Positions 10,801 through 23,614 of a stretch of DNA of 64,000 bases are shown piece by piece. Under the pieces are notes generated by a model. That model worked only from the letters and a program-made list of their open reading frames with translations, ran no database searches and was not told where the DNA came from. A program made the translations under genes and the position numbers. Positions within the stretch are counted from its first letter, which is position 1, and every line of letters begins with the position of its first letter. Source of the DNA: Macrostomum lignano (lineage: Eukaryota); contig NIVC01002074.1 in assembly GCA_002269645.1 (NCBI GenBank), positions 93,533-157,532 of the forward strand, in the 5' to 3' direction.

Positions 10801-13800
10801 ATCAACTGTACGCATGGGCTCCACGCTGCACTCCTGGGCCAGAGCGGCCAGGTGGGCCAGCTGGTTCACATGGTAGGCCACGCCGCCCCGCCGGGCGCAG
10901 TCCGCCTCCCGGGCCCGCTCCGGGTCGCCCGGAAACAGCACAGGCGAATCCGGGTCGGCCGGCTCAAGTCCGCGAAACACGTCCGCCACTTCGGACAATC
11001 GGCCGGAGAAATCCGGAGCAAACGCGGACGGATCGACGGCTACAAAGCACTGTCCAAGTCTGGCCGGAGCAGTGTCCGATTTCCAGGCTCGGACAGACGG
11101 TCCTACCGGAGTTCCGGCCAACAGACTGCACAGAATCTCCACCATAAGCGCCAGACCGTAGCCCTTGTAGCCGCTGGTCTCCTCCAGGCCGCCCAGCGGC
11201 AGCACCCCGCCGTGCAGGCCCGCCTCGGAGTCGCGGGTCTCGCGACCTTCGCTGTCCACCGCCCAGCCTGCCGGCAATTGTTGCCCGGTGCGGTGCTTCA
11301 TCTCCACCTGGGCGTAAGCATTGGCAAATTTGAAATTGGTGAGCTACCATATAGTAACCTAAACCCCCGTAATGAATCTAGTCAAGAGATTGGAGCGATC
11401 AGAGTGGGCATCATCGAACAGTCTAGAGTGAGATTATTCAACGAAAAAATTATATCATTTCATGAAAAATAAAGAGATTATCGCACGGCAGAGTATCCGT
11501 GAGACTATCCTATATGCAAGAGTGAGATAAACTCATGAAAGAGTGAGATTATATGATGGAAGAGTCAAATAATCCCATAGAAGAGTGAGATTATCTCATA
11601 GGAGAGTGAAATAGCCCCATAGAAGGGTGAAATAATCTCATAGAAGAGTGAAATAATCTCATAGAGAAGTGAAATAATCTCATAGAAGAGTGAGATAATC
11701 TCATAGAAGAGTGAGATAATCTCATAGAAGAGTGAGATAATCTCATAGAAGAGTGAGATAATCTCATAGAAGAGTGAGATAATCTCATAGAAGAGTGAAT
11801 AATCTCATAGAAGAGTGAGATAATCTCATAGAAGAGTGAGATAATCTCATAGAAGAGTGAAATAATCTCATAGAAGAGTCAAATAAGCTCATAGATGACT
11901 GAGATAATCTCATAGAAGAGTGAAATAATCCCATAGTAGAGTGAGATTATCTTATAGTATAGTGACACAATCTGAATAAAGAGTGAGATTATCTCATAGA
12001 AAAGAGCAACATTATACCTTGCCGTAAGCCACAGCGGAGGTGGCCATATCCAGCAGAAATGGCTCGCCGGGCCGGTCAGTGGGGGCGGCCATGCACACCG
12101 GATTGGTGCCCAGAGCCGGCTGTTTAGCCCTAGTGGGCACCAGAATTGGTGAGGCGTTGGTGAAGGCCAGGCCGATGAGGCCGTGGCCAGCCGCCCGGAG
12201 GCTGTAGTGCCCGGCTATGCCGAAGTGAGTGGAGTTGGCGGCCACCACCCAGCCGACGCCGCACTGGCGGGCTTTGGCCACGGCCAGGTCCATGCAGAAT
12301 TCGCCAACCACCACGCCTAGAAGGTGACGGCCGTCCACGTGGGCGGTGCCTGCAGGGGACGTCGGCGGGGAGAGAGAGGCACGAATTATGGCTTTATCAC
12401 AGATTTTGGCGGGTGATGCGAGCTCGTAGAGATAAAAACAGGTAAAATTTAGAGTGGCGTAAATGGCACAGTAGAGTGGCAGAATAGAGAAAGAGACAGT
12501 AGGGTAGGCGGTAGGTTGGGCAGAAAGTAGAGGTAGACATTTGGGTAAGATAGATGGTATGTTTGCATTCCAGAGGGGTAGACAATGGATTAGGATAGTA
12601 TGTTGGCAGAAAAGAGAAGTAGACGATAATTCAGTAGTCTGTAGATTGTGGATTGGCATAGTAGAGAAGTAGATAGTCAGTAGATGGTAGATTTGCAGAG
12701 TAGAGAGGTAGATAGTGAGTAGATGTTAGATTGGCAGAGTAGAGAGGTAGATAGTCAGTAGATGGTAGATTTGCAGAGTAGAGAGGTAGATAGTGAGTAG
12801 ATGTTAGATTGGCAGAGTAGAGAGGTAGATAGTCAGTAGATGGTAGATTTGCAGAGTAGAGAGGTAGATAGTCAGTAGATGGTAGATTTGCACAGTAGAG
12901 AGGTAGATAGTCAGTAGATGGTAGATTTGCAGAGTAGAGAGGTAGATAGTCAGTAGATGGTAGATTTGCAGAGTAGAGAGGTAGATAGTCAGTAGATGGT
13001 AGATTTGCACAGTAGAGAGGTAGATAGTCAGTAGATGGTAGATTTGCAGAGTAGAGAGGTAGATAGTCAGTAGATGGTAGATTTGCAGAGTAGAGAGGTA
13101 GATAGTCAGTAGATGGTAGATTTGCAGAGTAGAGAGGTAGATAGTCAGTAGATGGTAGATTTGCAGAGTAGAGAGGTAGATAGTCAGTAGATTGGCAGAG
13201 TAGAGAAGTAGATAGTCAGTAGATGGTAGATTTGCAGAGTAGAGAGGTAGATAGTGAGTAGATGTTAGATTGGCAGAGTAGAGAGGTAGATAGTGAGTAG
13301 ATGTTAGATTGGCAGAGTAGAGAGGTAGATAGTCAGTAGATGGTAGATTGGCAGAGTAGAGAGGTAGATAGTCAGTAGATGGTAGATTTGCAGAGTAGAG
13401 AGGTAGATAGTCAGTAGATGGTAGATTGGCAGAGTAGAGAGGTAGATAGTCAGTAGATGGTAGATTGGCAGAGTAGAGAGGTAGATAGTCAGTAGATGGT
13501 AGATTTGCAGAGTAGAGAGGTAGATAGTCAGTAGATGGTAGATTTGCAGAGTAGAGAGGTAGATAGTCAGTAGATGGTAGATTTGCAGAGTAGAGAGGTA
13601 GATAGTCAGTAGATGGTAGATTTGCAGAGTAGAGAGGTAGATAGTCAGTAGATGGTAGATTTGCACAGTAGATAGGTAGATAGTCAGTAGATGGTAGATT
13701 TGCAGAGTAGAGAGGTAGATAGTGAGTAGATGTTAGATTGGCAGAGTAGAGAGGTAGATAGTCAGTAGATGGTAGATTTGCAGAGTAGAGAGGTAGATAG

Positions 13801-14520
13801 TCAGTAGATGGTAGATTGGCAGAGTAAGGGAGGTAGATAGTCAGTAGATGGTAGATTTGCAGAGTAGAGAGGTAGATAATCAGTAGATGGTAGATTTGCA
13901 GAGTAGAGATGTAGATAGTCAGTAGATGGTAGATTTGCAGAGTAGAGAGGTAGATAGTCAGTAGATGGTAGATTGGCAGAGTAAGGGAGGTAGATAGTCA
14001 GTAGATGGTAGATTTGCAGAGTAGAGAGGTAGATAGTCAGTAGATGGTAGATTTGCACAGTAGAGAGGTAGATAGTCAGTAGATGGTAGATTTGCAGAGT
14101 AGAGAGGTAGATAGTCAGTAGATGGTAGATTTGCAGAGTAGAGAGGTAGATAGTCAGTAGATGGTAGATTTGCAGAATAGAGAGGTAGATAGTCAGTAGA
14201 TAGTAGATTGGCAGAGTAAGAGAGGTAGACTGTAAGTAGATGGTAGATTTGCAGAGTAGAGATAGAAAAAGCGCACCGGCGGTTTCCTTCAGGATGGCAG
14301 GTTCGCCGGAGCCTTGGGTGACGCCGGCCCGAACGTCGCGCACGTACACGTCGAGCCTGTTGATGCCGTGGCTGTAGTGGCCTCGCCTGTCTGCGGAAAG
14401 CAGGATCTCAGCTAGGCGGGCAGCGTGCGTGCTGTCAGCGCCGGCCCATCGCATGCACTCGATGACTAAGCGGGTGACCTCCGACTCCGGCACGAGCTTC
14501 TCTGTTGTCATAGCTGACAT
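10798..14520 (-). CDS. Ldh_2 family (YbiC/ComC/AllD-like, malate/L-lactate-type) NAD(P)-dependent dehydrogenase, 361 aa; exons 14520-14277, 12349-12018, 11307-10798
   Basis: Family motifs ADRRGHYSHGINRL, VDGRHLLG, NSTHFGIAGHY, FTNASP, LGTNP, DMATSAVAYGK, LPLGG...GYKGYGLALMVEIL, PGDPE. Both GT-AG introns have matching phase (1, 0) and the total of 1086 nt is in frame. A 5'UTR intron is likely (donor GTGAGT near 14728). Confidence 0.93.
11520..12000. repeat. 21-bp palindromic minisatellite in dehydrogenase intron 2
   Basis: Unit AGAGTGAGATAATCTCATAGA, containing TGAGAT-A-ATCTCA. Confidence 0.92.
12640..14265. repeat. 39-bp minisatellite filling dehydrogenase intron 1
   Basis: Unit GTAGATTTGCAGAGTAGAGAGGTAGATAGTCAGTAGATG. 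Confidence 0.95.
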
Positions 14521-15289
14521 TCTCGATTTCTTTATTATTGCAGCTATTAGAATTAAAAATGACGGATTCTTATTAGCCTACTGCAAGTAGAAAAAGACGT
14601 ATTTTTGCATATATTTTATTATTCAACACAAAAACCTGAATATATAATGACAACTACTTATCCGTACTAAAATCAGGAAAGTACACATTTTAGGCAATTT
14701 TTTAAAATTCGAGAAATTCAGACTCACCTGAAGCCACAGATGCACTAAGTAAGGCCTAGATATGAAGTAGTGAACATAGTAAATATTTAATGTTCAGTTA
14801 GCATAGGATTTTCACACCAACTATCCACAGAAAAATAGGTAAAGATTTAGTTAGAATGCGTTTAAAATTGAATTCTCTCATAGCCTGAACAAAAAAATCG
14901 CTGCTTGCAGGAGTCGCAGTCCTCTTTAGCAGCCAAATCCTTATGTTTAACTTTTTTTTCAATGAGATTCCCGGACGATTTAGGTTAGGGTTAAAGTTGG
15001 GGTTTAGTGTCAGTTAGGATTAAAATTAATTGTTGAGACTTTTTAAAGTCATTTCTTCAGTTCATCTGCACTCGTCTCTGTTTACTCTCCCTCTGTCTAG
15101 TTCAAATCTTGCTTTTCTTATCTCTCTTCCTTGCTGCCTTCTGATTGGCTCTTCAATCTCGCCTCTTTCCTCAGTCGCGCACTCCACCCCTCTCCTTTCT
15201 TATCTGCGCTCAACCCTCTAATTTAAATAAATAAATACGCTCTCGCTTCTGGGCCCTGCGCCACTTACTGGTTCTTTTCGGGGTCGTTT

Positions 15290-15430
15290 TACAAACCCGA
15301 AATTTCACAATGTCAAATTGCACTGGAGAGATAGGAGACTTCACAAACCCGAAATTTCACAATGTCGCATTGCACTGGAGAGATAGGGAGTCTTCACAAA
15401 CCTGAAATTTCACAATGTCAAATTGCACTC
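15290..15430. repeat. ~56-bp repeat, about 3 copies
   Basis: Repeated CACAAACCCGAAATTTCACAATGTC..ATTGCACT. Confidence 0.8.
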
Positions 15431-16116
15431 TAATTGCACTGCAGTCAAATGTAAAGCTCTAATTATCAAACAATTTCAAGCAAAAAATTCAGAAAAATTC
15501 AAGCAGAAATGAGCTTACCTATTCAATTCGATTTTGAAGAGTCCAACCAAAACAAATAACACGACATATAGACGTTTAACTTAATAACACTGTCTGCTAA
15601 TAAAGCATTGGCAGTCGCTATGAGAAGCAGTTTTTTTGTCAGCTATCTAATCTGATTCCCAGTGAGTAACCGCACAAGTTGAAAGCTTTCGAGCAATTCA
15701 ATCGTATATTCCTACACTCTTTAGCTAGCCTATTTTCAATGAACAATGCATACGAGCTTCAGTAAGACATACTCACGTACTCTTTTTAAATGTGAAATTG
15801 ATAAAGACTCAAATAGTATCGGTTTTTTATGATTCAAGTCGTGCTCTATACATATTGATGAAAATTTTCGAGCTTTATTAAAGACCAAATATGGTTTGAC
15901 AACAAGAAGACAAGAATACGCTACATAGCCTACTCTTAAAGTATCAGTAGGCAAGTAGCGAATTATATTATTTTCCCTACTCTATTTAACAAAAATAGTG
16001 TAGAAATCGCTACTTGCCTACTCATTTTTATCTCGACAGTAGGCAATTTCGAGCATGTAACTATTCAGAAGAAAACGCAGTTATCAAAGAAATGCCCAAA
16101 AAGCTGATCTCAGTTT

Positions 16117-18043
16117 TTACTGCAAGCCACTATTAGACTTAAGTCTGGTAAAAACCACAGTAGTAACGTCAGCCCCAACAGCGCCGCCAAACTTGAACGC
16201 TCTACCAGGCAGAGTCTCCACGTGCTTAAATTGGTCAGAGAATTGAGCAATCAACTCAGTTTCAGTCCAGTTGCACGAGGCTACAACCAATTGATTGTTG
16301 CTATTAGCAACAGAGTCGAGTAGTTTAACTGCAAATTGTCGATAAGCGAATCGTTTGCCCTGAGAATTGTCCGGACAAAGGCTGATAGCATCGTAGGTAC
16401 CTTTGTCTAGCAGCAGTAGATTTGGATAGTGAATGTTCGAGTCCGGGGCGCGGAGGAATTCGAGGGCGGAGGCCGCGGCTCCGGGCTCGGTGACGTCTAA
16501 CAGCCGAGCGATGACGAGATCCGACACGCCAGCCTGTGGAATGTAAGAAAACATAAAAATAGGAATATATATGCGCTTCAGACTACTGAAATTGGCTGTT
16601 AGCAGCGTAGCAAGAAGTTTAAAGTTCTCATAGATAACTTAGATTATTAGATGGACATCTAGATGATTAGATTACAGACCGGTTATCTAGATGATTAGAT
16701 TACAGACCGATTATCTAAATGATTAGATTACAGATCGATTATCTAGATGATTAGATTACAGACCGATTATCTAGATGATTAGATTACAGACCGATTATCA
16801 AGATGATTAGACTACAGACCGGTTATCTAGATGATTAGACTACAGACCGATTATCTAGATTATTAGATTACAGACCGGTTATCAAGATGATTAGACTACA
16901 GACCGATTATCTAGATGATTAGATTACAGACCGATTATCTAAATGATTAGATTACAGATCGATTATCTAGATTATTAGATTACAGACCGATTATCTAGAT
17001 GATTAGATTACAGACCGATTATCAAGATGATTAGATTACAGACCGATTATCTAGATGATTAGATTACAGATCGATTATCTAGATGATTAGATTACAGACC
17101 GATTATCAAGATGATTAGATTACAGACCGATTATCTAGATGATTAGACTACAGACCGATTATCTAGATGATTAGATTACAGACCGATTATCTAGATGATT
17201 AGATTACAGACCGGTTATCAAGATGATTAGATTACAGACCGATTATCTAGATTTTTATAATACAGACCGATTATCTAGATGATTAGATTACAGACCGATT
17301 ATCTAGATGATTAGATTACAGACCGATTATCTAAATGATTAGATTACAGACCGATTATCTACTGGTAGATGATTAGATTACAGACCAATTATCTGGCTGA
17401 TTAGATTACAGACCGATTATCTAGGTGATTAGATTACAGGCCAATTATCTGGCTGATTAGATTACAGACCAATTCTCTAGACAGGTTGCAGTGTACATAG
17501 CAATAGTTGAACACAATATACCCACCTTAGAAGCCAGCCGGTTGGTCAGCTCAATAGCCGGTTCACTGTAGTCTAGACACAGCAGTCTGCTCAAACCAGT
17601 CAACAAGTGACTATTCGCAGCCAATCTCAGTGCGAGATGTCCATTGCCGCAGCCAATGTCAACCACGGCCAGTTGTTGAGTTGGACAGGCATCGCGAATC
17701 GCATTCAATCGCCGTTCAACATAGCTAACCAGCCTCTGCTCTGCCGCTGCTCCAAACCAGACTTCGCCTCGATCATCGCCACTGCCGCCCTCCTCATCAT
17801 TAGCGGCTGCTTCGTCTAAATAGTTGGCCAACTCTTGGCCATAGAATCGTTCCCAGTAGTCCCGCCGGCCAAGCTGCGAAGGTTCCAGCTCGATGCAATC
17901 TGAATCCAATGACAATGATGAAGAAGCTGGGTCATTGTCACCAGCGGGTGCTTCTGATGCTGCTCTGGACAGGAATGTTTGAAAATAAAGAATAAATAAC
18001 TTCAAAGAAAAATACAGCCCAAAGCACAGAGTGCATACACCAT
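16117..18043 (-). CDS. EEF1AKMT2: EEF1A lysine methyltransferase 2 (METTL10/Efm4 orthologue), ~286 aa; exons 17964-17526 and 16533-16117, candidate start micro-exon 18043-18039
   Basis: Motifs LEPSQLGRRDYWERFY, GEVWFG, VDIGCGNG, LDYSEPAIEL, DKGTYDAISL, SCNWTETEL, FKFGGAVG. The GT-AG intron 17525-16534 is phase 0. The start exon (ATG GT|gtatgc, phase 2) is inferred. Confidence 0.92.
16655..17480. repeat. 28-bp minisatellite in EEF1AKMT2 intron
   Basis: Unit ATCTAGATGATTAGATTACAGACCGATT. Confidence 0.95.
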
Positions 18044-18988
18044 GCTTGGTAAAGAATAGTGGCTAAGTCAGGACTGCTTTCAACCTTGCTTGAGTGCCTG
18101 CATAAAGATCATTGTATTCATTCTATACACTCCTAGATGGGCCACTCCAGTCACCTGGCTATAGCACAAAACCATAGAATGTAGTAACCTCTGCTGCTTT
18201 CAAAGATAAGCACTTAAAGACTGCAGACTAGGCTTGATAGTGAATAGCTACCTCCATTAATACATTTTAGTTTTTAGTAGAAAAACCTTAGAAACTCTGC
18301 TAGCATAGTTGCTCTATGCTTTGCAAGAAGATTAATGAAACTTTAACCATATACCAATGTCAACATCTGCTCCTAAGTCTTGCTTAGTAGACTAGCAATT
18401 TCTTTATATATCATTGTTTTAGTTAGTAAGTTAGCCTATATTGAGTGGCATAGCAGGTAATTATTTTTCAGCATCTCATTTTTATCCAATTGTGCAATAG
18501 CAGGTTGTTACTTGTTCTTCCTTTTTTAAAATACTTGATAAAACTGCCTAGGTCTTTGTTAGTTAGGCCTAGGCCTAAGAAGTTATTGCCTAATCTTGAT
18601 AGGCTTTTAGCATTGCCAAAAAATCCATTTTGGAATATGAAACACTAAAAAGACAGCTAATTGGAAATTATCCTAGTAAATCAGATGCACTTGGTTGGCC
18701 ATGATGGCTGATGCTTTTCTAATCTAATATTAGGCCCCTGTAGCATTATTTAAGTCAAGAGATTTATTTTTCTTAATCCCTATCCTTTATTATTATCCCT
18801 ATCTTCTTTGCCAATAGTCTATAGTCAAAACATTTCATACTTTTTTAAAGAGAAAAAACCTATGGCCATAGCCTATAGGCCATGTAATCTCAACCAAAGA
18901 TCTTGTCTAGTACTTTTGGGTGACAATAAAGCTAGAATTATGCATATTCATGATCTAGGTATTGCTAAACTTAGTACACTTCATACTT

Positions 18989-19473
18989 GGGCATAACTAT
19001 GGTTTCGTTTGTTATATTATTTCTTGTTTCAAATTTGTTCCAGCATACAAAGAAATGGCTGGACAACCACTGGCTCCTACGACAATCATTCCATGCGTCT
19101 ATAAACCACCGGCTCCATTTTGTGGACCCTAGGACCCAAAGGTTCATACGAACACTATCGAGGGAATGTGGGCGCATTGTAAGGCAAAGTTTCGCAACAT
19201 GTACGGGATGAGTGATGGTCTATTTGAAACTCATCTGCAGGAATTTCTGTGGCGCCGTCTATATCCACGGAATGTGTTTGGCAACTTTCTCTACTGGGTG
19301 TCACATTATTATCCCCTCTAATTATCTTTCTTGTGACTTTGAACTCTAATTTGAACTTTTTTGGTGGTGGGTCATCTTTTCTAAACTACTCTAAGTACAG
19401 TTTATCGTAATCTCTAATAACTTGTTGCTTTTTTAAATAAAATAATATAACGAATGAAACCATAGTTATGCCC
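18989..19473 (+). mobile_element. Internally deleted Merlin (IS1595/ISXO2-like DDE) DNA transposon
   Basis: 18-bp TIR GGGCATAACTATGGTTTC (18989-19006 / 19456-19473). Inside is a frameshifted transposase C-terminus: INHRLHFVDPRT / VHTNTIEGMWAHCKAKF...HLQEFLWRR...* (stop 19319-19321). Confidence 0.85.
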
Positions 19474-20539
19474 ACACTTGTACTAAGTAATTACTGTCAA
19501 AAGGATAATTAAAGATAACTATATTTACAAATATGCCAATTGGCATTATTAAGGCCCCTAGAGCCAATTAATTAGAGCAAAGTTTGTAAAATTGTATATG
19601 TTGCTAGGGGCCTAGGACAATTATTTCTTATCAGAAAATCATGCAGTTTAAGCACTAAGCTCATAGTCATAGTCATGGGAGAGTGGTAAAATGATATCAA
19701 CAAGGCTCATACTTTTATAGACCCTAGGGCCTAGGGATATTGTTAAAATTCTAAAAGCAAAAGTAACTAGGTCTAGGGCCTAGGCTAGGCCCTACTCTCA
19801 GTCTCAGTTGGATAGCATTTGGCCCGAATTTTGATATCTCTAGACTCTGATCTCACAAATGACAAGAGGGCAAGGCAAAAAACACAAGAAATGTGAATGC
19901 TTGTGTACATAATAGGACTAACTGCAGATATAGGCTCTAAATCTCTAGTCAGGTGGAAACTAAAATAGAACAAAAAATCCAAACAGCTGCAGCTGCTGAT
20001 TCAGCTGATTTATTTTTTTTAGTAGTACTGCTCTAGTAAATAGAATAAAACAAAGTTTTTACACTCTTTTTGCTTTTATTTTTTACTGTCTTTTATTTTC
20101 TTCTTTAAATAATTGAAATTTTTTCACTCATTTTAAAAGCCCATGTTTTCATAGATAATTTTTGTTGTTTTGCTATAGCTTATCGTGTTTTCTAAGAAAT
20201 GGTTCTGGGTTTAAAAAAAGAAATTTTTGACGCTATTAATTTACCGATGCCGATGCCAGCTGATTCCAAAAACAGAATCAGTTCAATCTTTCAAGAAAAA
20301 ATCGGCATTTAACTTTGAATATTTGACTGCCCAAGCAGCCTCACTTTGCAGGATTTTTCACTTTCTTCTTGGCTATTCCATTCAATAGTTACAACTTTAA
20401 AGCATAGCACGTATATCCATCCCTCCTAGGCCTACTAAAGTCTAGTTTATAGGTAGGAGACAAGAGTTTAAAAACTTAGATATACTAGGTAAATATGATA
20501 TAGATCACAATATTAGATATAATTTGACGCATCATGCAA

Positions 20540-21275
20540 TAGATTTTAGAAAAATTGGAAAATTGAAAGTATTTTATCAACATAAACTTCAAGAAGCCCC
20601 CATTCCCCATGCCCCAGTGGTTGGCTTTAAGCTACGACCCCCCCCCCCTATTAGGATTGGAATAAATCAACATAACCTTCAATAGGTCTCCATGCCTCTA
20701 TTAAAGTTTATGTTGATAAAATCAATCTACTCGATCTCCCCACCCTAAAACCCCCCATTCCCCATGCCCCAGTGGTTGGCTTTAAGCTACGACCCCCCCT
20801 ATTAGGATTGAAAAAAATCAACATAACCTTCAATAGGTCTCCATGCCTCTATTGAAGTTTATGTTGATAAAATCAATCCTCATGAAAAATCTCCCCACCC
20901 TAAACCCCCCCATTCCCCATGCCCCAGTGGTTGGCTTTAAGCTACATATAATTGGGTTAGGCCTAAAGCTACCATTCCTACCAAAAAATGGAGCTTAAAT
21001 TTGAAATCAGCACCATCAAAAACCCCCATAGAGACGGAATGATGATCCTATCAAAATTGCAACTATTTATCAACATAAACTTCAAGAAGCCCAGGAATGG
21101 GGGGTTTCAGGGTGGGGAGATCGAGTAAATTGTGATTGCATCAACCGTACAGGTAACTTTCTGCTGTTTTTTTACATTTTTGAGATTTTGGGTGTCCCAT
21201 AAGTGTCCATCGCAAGTTTTAGAAAAATTGGAAAATTGAAAGTATTTTATCAACATAAACTTTAAGAAGCCTGAT
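20540..21275. repeat. Complex element: 155-bp tandem units with an internal hairpin, plus ~60-bp terminal direct repeats
   Basis: GCCCCAGTGG recurs at 20611, 20766 and 20921 (period 155). TTAGAAAAATTGGAAAATTGAAAGTATTTTATCAACATAAACTT occurs at ~20545 and ~21220. Confidence 0.8.
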
Positions 21276-21876
21276 TTTAGTACAATGTTCCAGGCTACCA
21301 ATTAACCTAAGCTTCTAACAATAAAGGCAATCCTATAGTTTTGCACATTTTATTATTTTTTGAAAATTTAATGAATTTTGAATGAAGTTTGACAAGTTTA
21401 ACAAGGCCTGCTACAGGTAAAAAATTCGCGGGTACCAGACTATTTGTCTGCCAGCTATTTGTCTGTAGGCAGACAAACAGTTCAAATTGAAAGTTTTTAA
21501 ATTTTCAAGAGGTGCTGCACTAATAAGCAAGAAGATTCTAAAATGTTTTTCATCTATTTTTTACAAACAATTATATTCCAGAATTTTTAAAAACAAAGGA
21601 AAGGTTGGCTTTGTTAAAAGTTTAAAGTTTCTTAAAATTTTTGGTGCGCACTATTAGCATACCATGATTTCATTGCAATGTTGCATTGGCACAGTGTTTT
21701 TGATAGCAGGATACTTTCATTTGTGTAGATTACAATACAATGCCAATGGCTTTATTTTTTTACTGCGGAATGGTTTAGAAAAGTAGATAAGACAGCACTA
21801 CTGCCTTAGTCTAGATTGTGTAGTGACATATTAAAATGACTATAACAAAGTTAGGAACTCTAGCTACTATCCTATA

Positions 21877-22556
21877 AGCCATAGTCAGGAAGGTTGGCCT
21901 TTTTTGTCAAAAATTCTAGCATGCATCGGCATAGCCAAAGATATTTGGCTTACATTTGGCATACATTTGGTCTGCCTTGCAACAGTTAGCATATATTCAA
22001 CATATGCCATGTATGCTGCAAATATGTGGCATGATGTGTAAAGATGTTCCGAAAGCAAATTTTCTGTCAAAATCAAAATCAAAATCAAAATTTGCTACTT
22101 TCCAAAATCAAATATTAAAATTTTCCAAAATCAAAGTTTAGTACAACCGATACTCACTTTTCTCCTTTCAATTTACTGCTCATGCAAAACAAAATACATG
22201 TATGTTTGGCAAAAGTTCATTTATTTTCAGCCACTAAATAAATAGAATCCCTCATTGCCACTTTTAAATGTAAAAAAATTTCAACGGGAAAACCACATAC
22301 TGAGTTGTATATGTATAAAATGTACAGTTAAAATGTACATGTATCATTGCATGACTAGCAATAACTGAGATTGTTTAAATAATAATGCATGTACATGTAT
22401 GGTAAATGTACATCCATATACTAAAATGTGAAAAATATGCAATATTCAGCATGCATTATAGTATATTTAGCGTACATATGGTTATATTTGGCATACATAG
22501 GTAGCCCTGCCTGAATTTCATTCCGGCGTACACATGCCACCTTCCTGACTATGGCC
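21877..22556. mobile_element. MITE with 16-bp TIR, flanked by TATA
   Basis: GCCATAGTCAGGAAGG (21878-21893) / CCTTCCTGACTATGGC (22540-22555). Confidence 0.7.
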
Positions 22557-22828
22557 TATAAGTTACCACAATGTCTTACCAATATGAATTGTTGCTGAAA
22601 AATCTGTTGCCAAAGTGTCTTGTCACCAAAGTTTCTAGAAACCTATGTTAGTTGCCATATCTATTAGCTATTTAGTACTGGCAGACAAATAGTCCACTGG
22701 CCATTTCCCTAGGGCAGACAAACAGTCCTAGATCCAAATTTGCAATTGGAATTAGGCCTATGTTAGTTGGTGGGTGCTGCAGGGTGTCTAGTGATGATCA
22801 ACAAGAGTTGTTGCTCAAGATTGCTTAA

Positions 22829-23614
22829 GGCTCATTCCATATAATATGGACATATTTGGAAAATAGAAAAAAGTCAATATTTTTGCTTGCCATTGCCTAA
22901 TTAGCCTATTTTTTTACCAAATGTTTATATTGTGCAATATATACAATTTAAGAATAAAGGAATGGTAAAATGTTGGATTAGTATGTTATCAATTGGCAAA
23001 AAGTCATTTTTGTAAAAATTTGGACATTTTTCGAAGCAAAAGACATCATTAAGATTTTGTACCTTTTAAAAACAAATAGAAAGCTTTTGAAGGTTGAAAC
23101 AAACTATAGATAAAAGTATAGTACTTGTATCATCAGATAAAAGCATTGGTGACCAAATAATCTATTATATTTTTAATGTATTAGTACCTCAAAGTTACTG
23201 AATTGACAGAAAAAAATATGTTACGACCATAATGTTACGACCATAAGGCTGCCTTTTCTTTTGTATCTTTGTTGCCTTTTGAGTTTATATATTCTAATAA
23301 AAGAGTATGATTTCTAAAGATGTTCTTAGTCAAATTTTAAAAATGTATTACAAAATATCAAAAATGAAAAATGTTATAAGACTTTTACCTTTTAGTTTCT
23401 ATATGTCAAAAATCCTGTCGTTACAACCATAAGTGTCATTTAAGGTTTAATAGCATCTATACTAATGATGATATCTATATGAAACTCTATAAATATATTC
23501 TAGACAAAATAATCTTTCATTTAAAATATTGGTTTAGTATATTCTATTATTAGATTTCATTTTATAAGTAAAAATAACCTGTCATGTTACGACCATGCTT
23601 ATATGGAATGAGCC
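22829..23614. mobile_element. Non-autonomous TIR element with TTAA target site and GG termini (Kolobok-like)
   Basis: ttaa-GGCTCATTCCATATAA (22829-22844) ... TTATATGGAATGAGCC-ttaa (23599-23614). Confidence 0.8.

Noticed and set aside
10798-14520. Recent horizontal transfer of a bacterial-type dehydrogenase
   Set aside because: The gene has spliceosomal introns and host-like composition, and Ldh_2-family genes are known in other invertebrates. A phylogeny would be needed to claim transfer.
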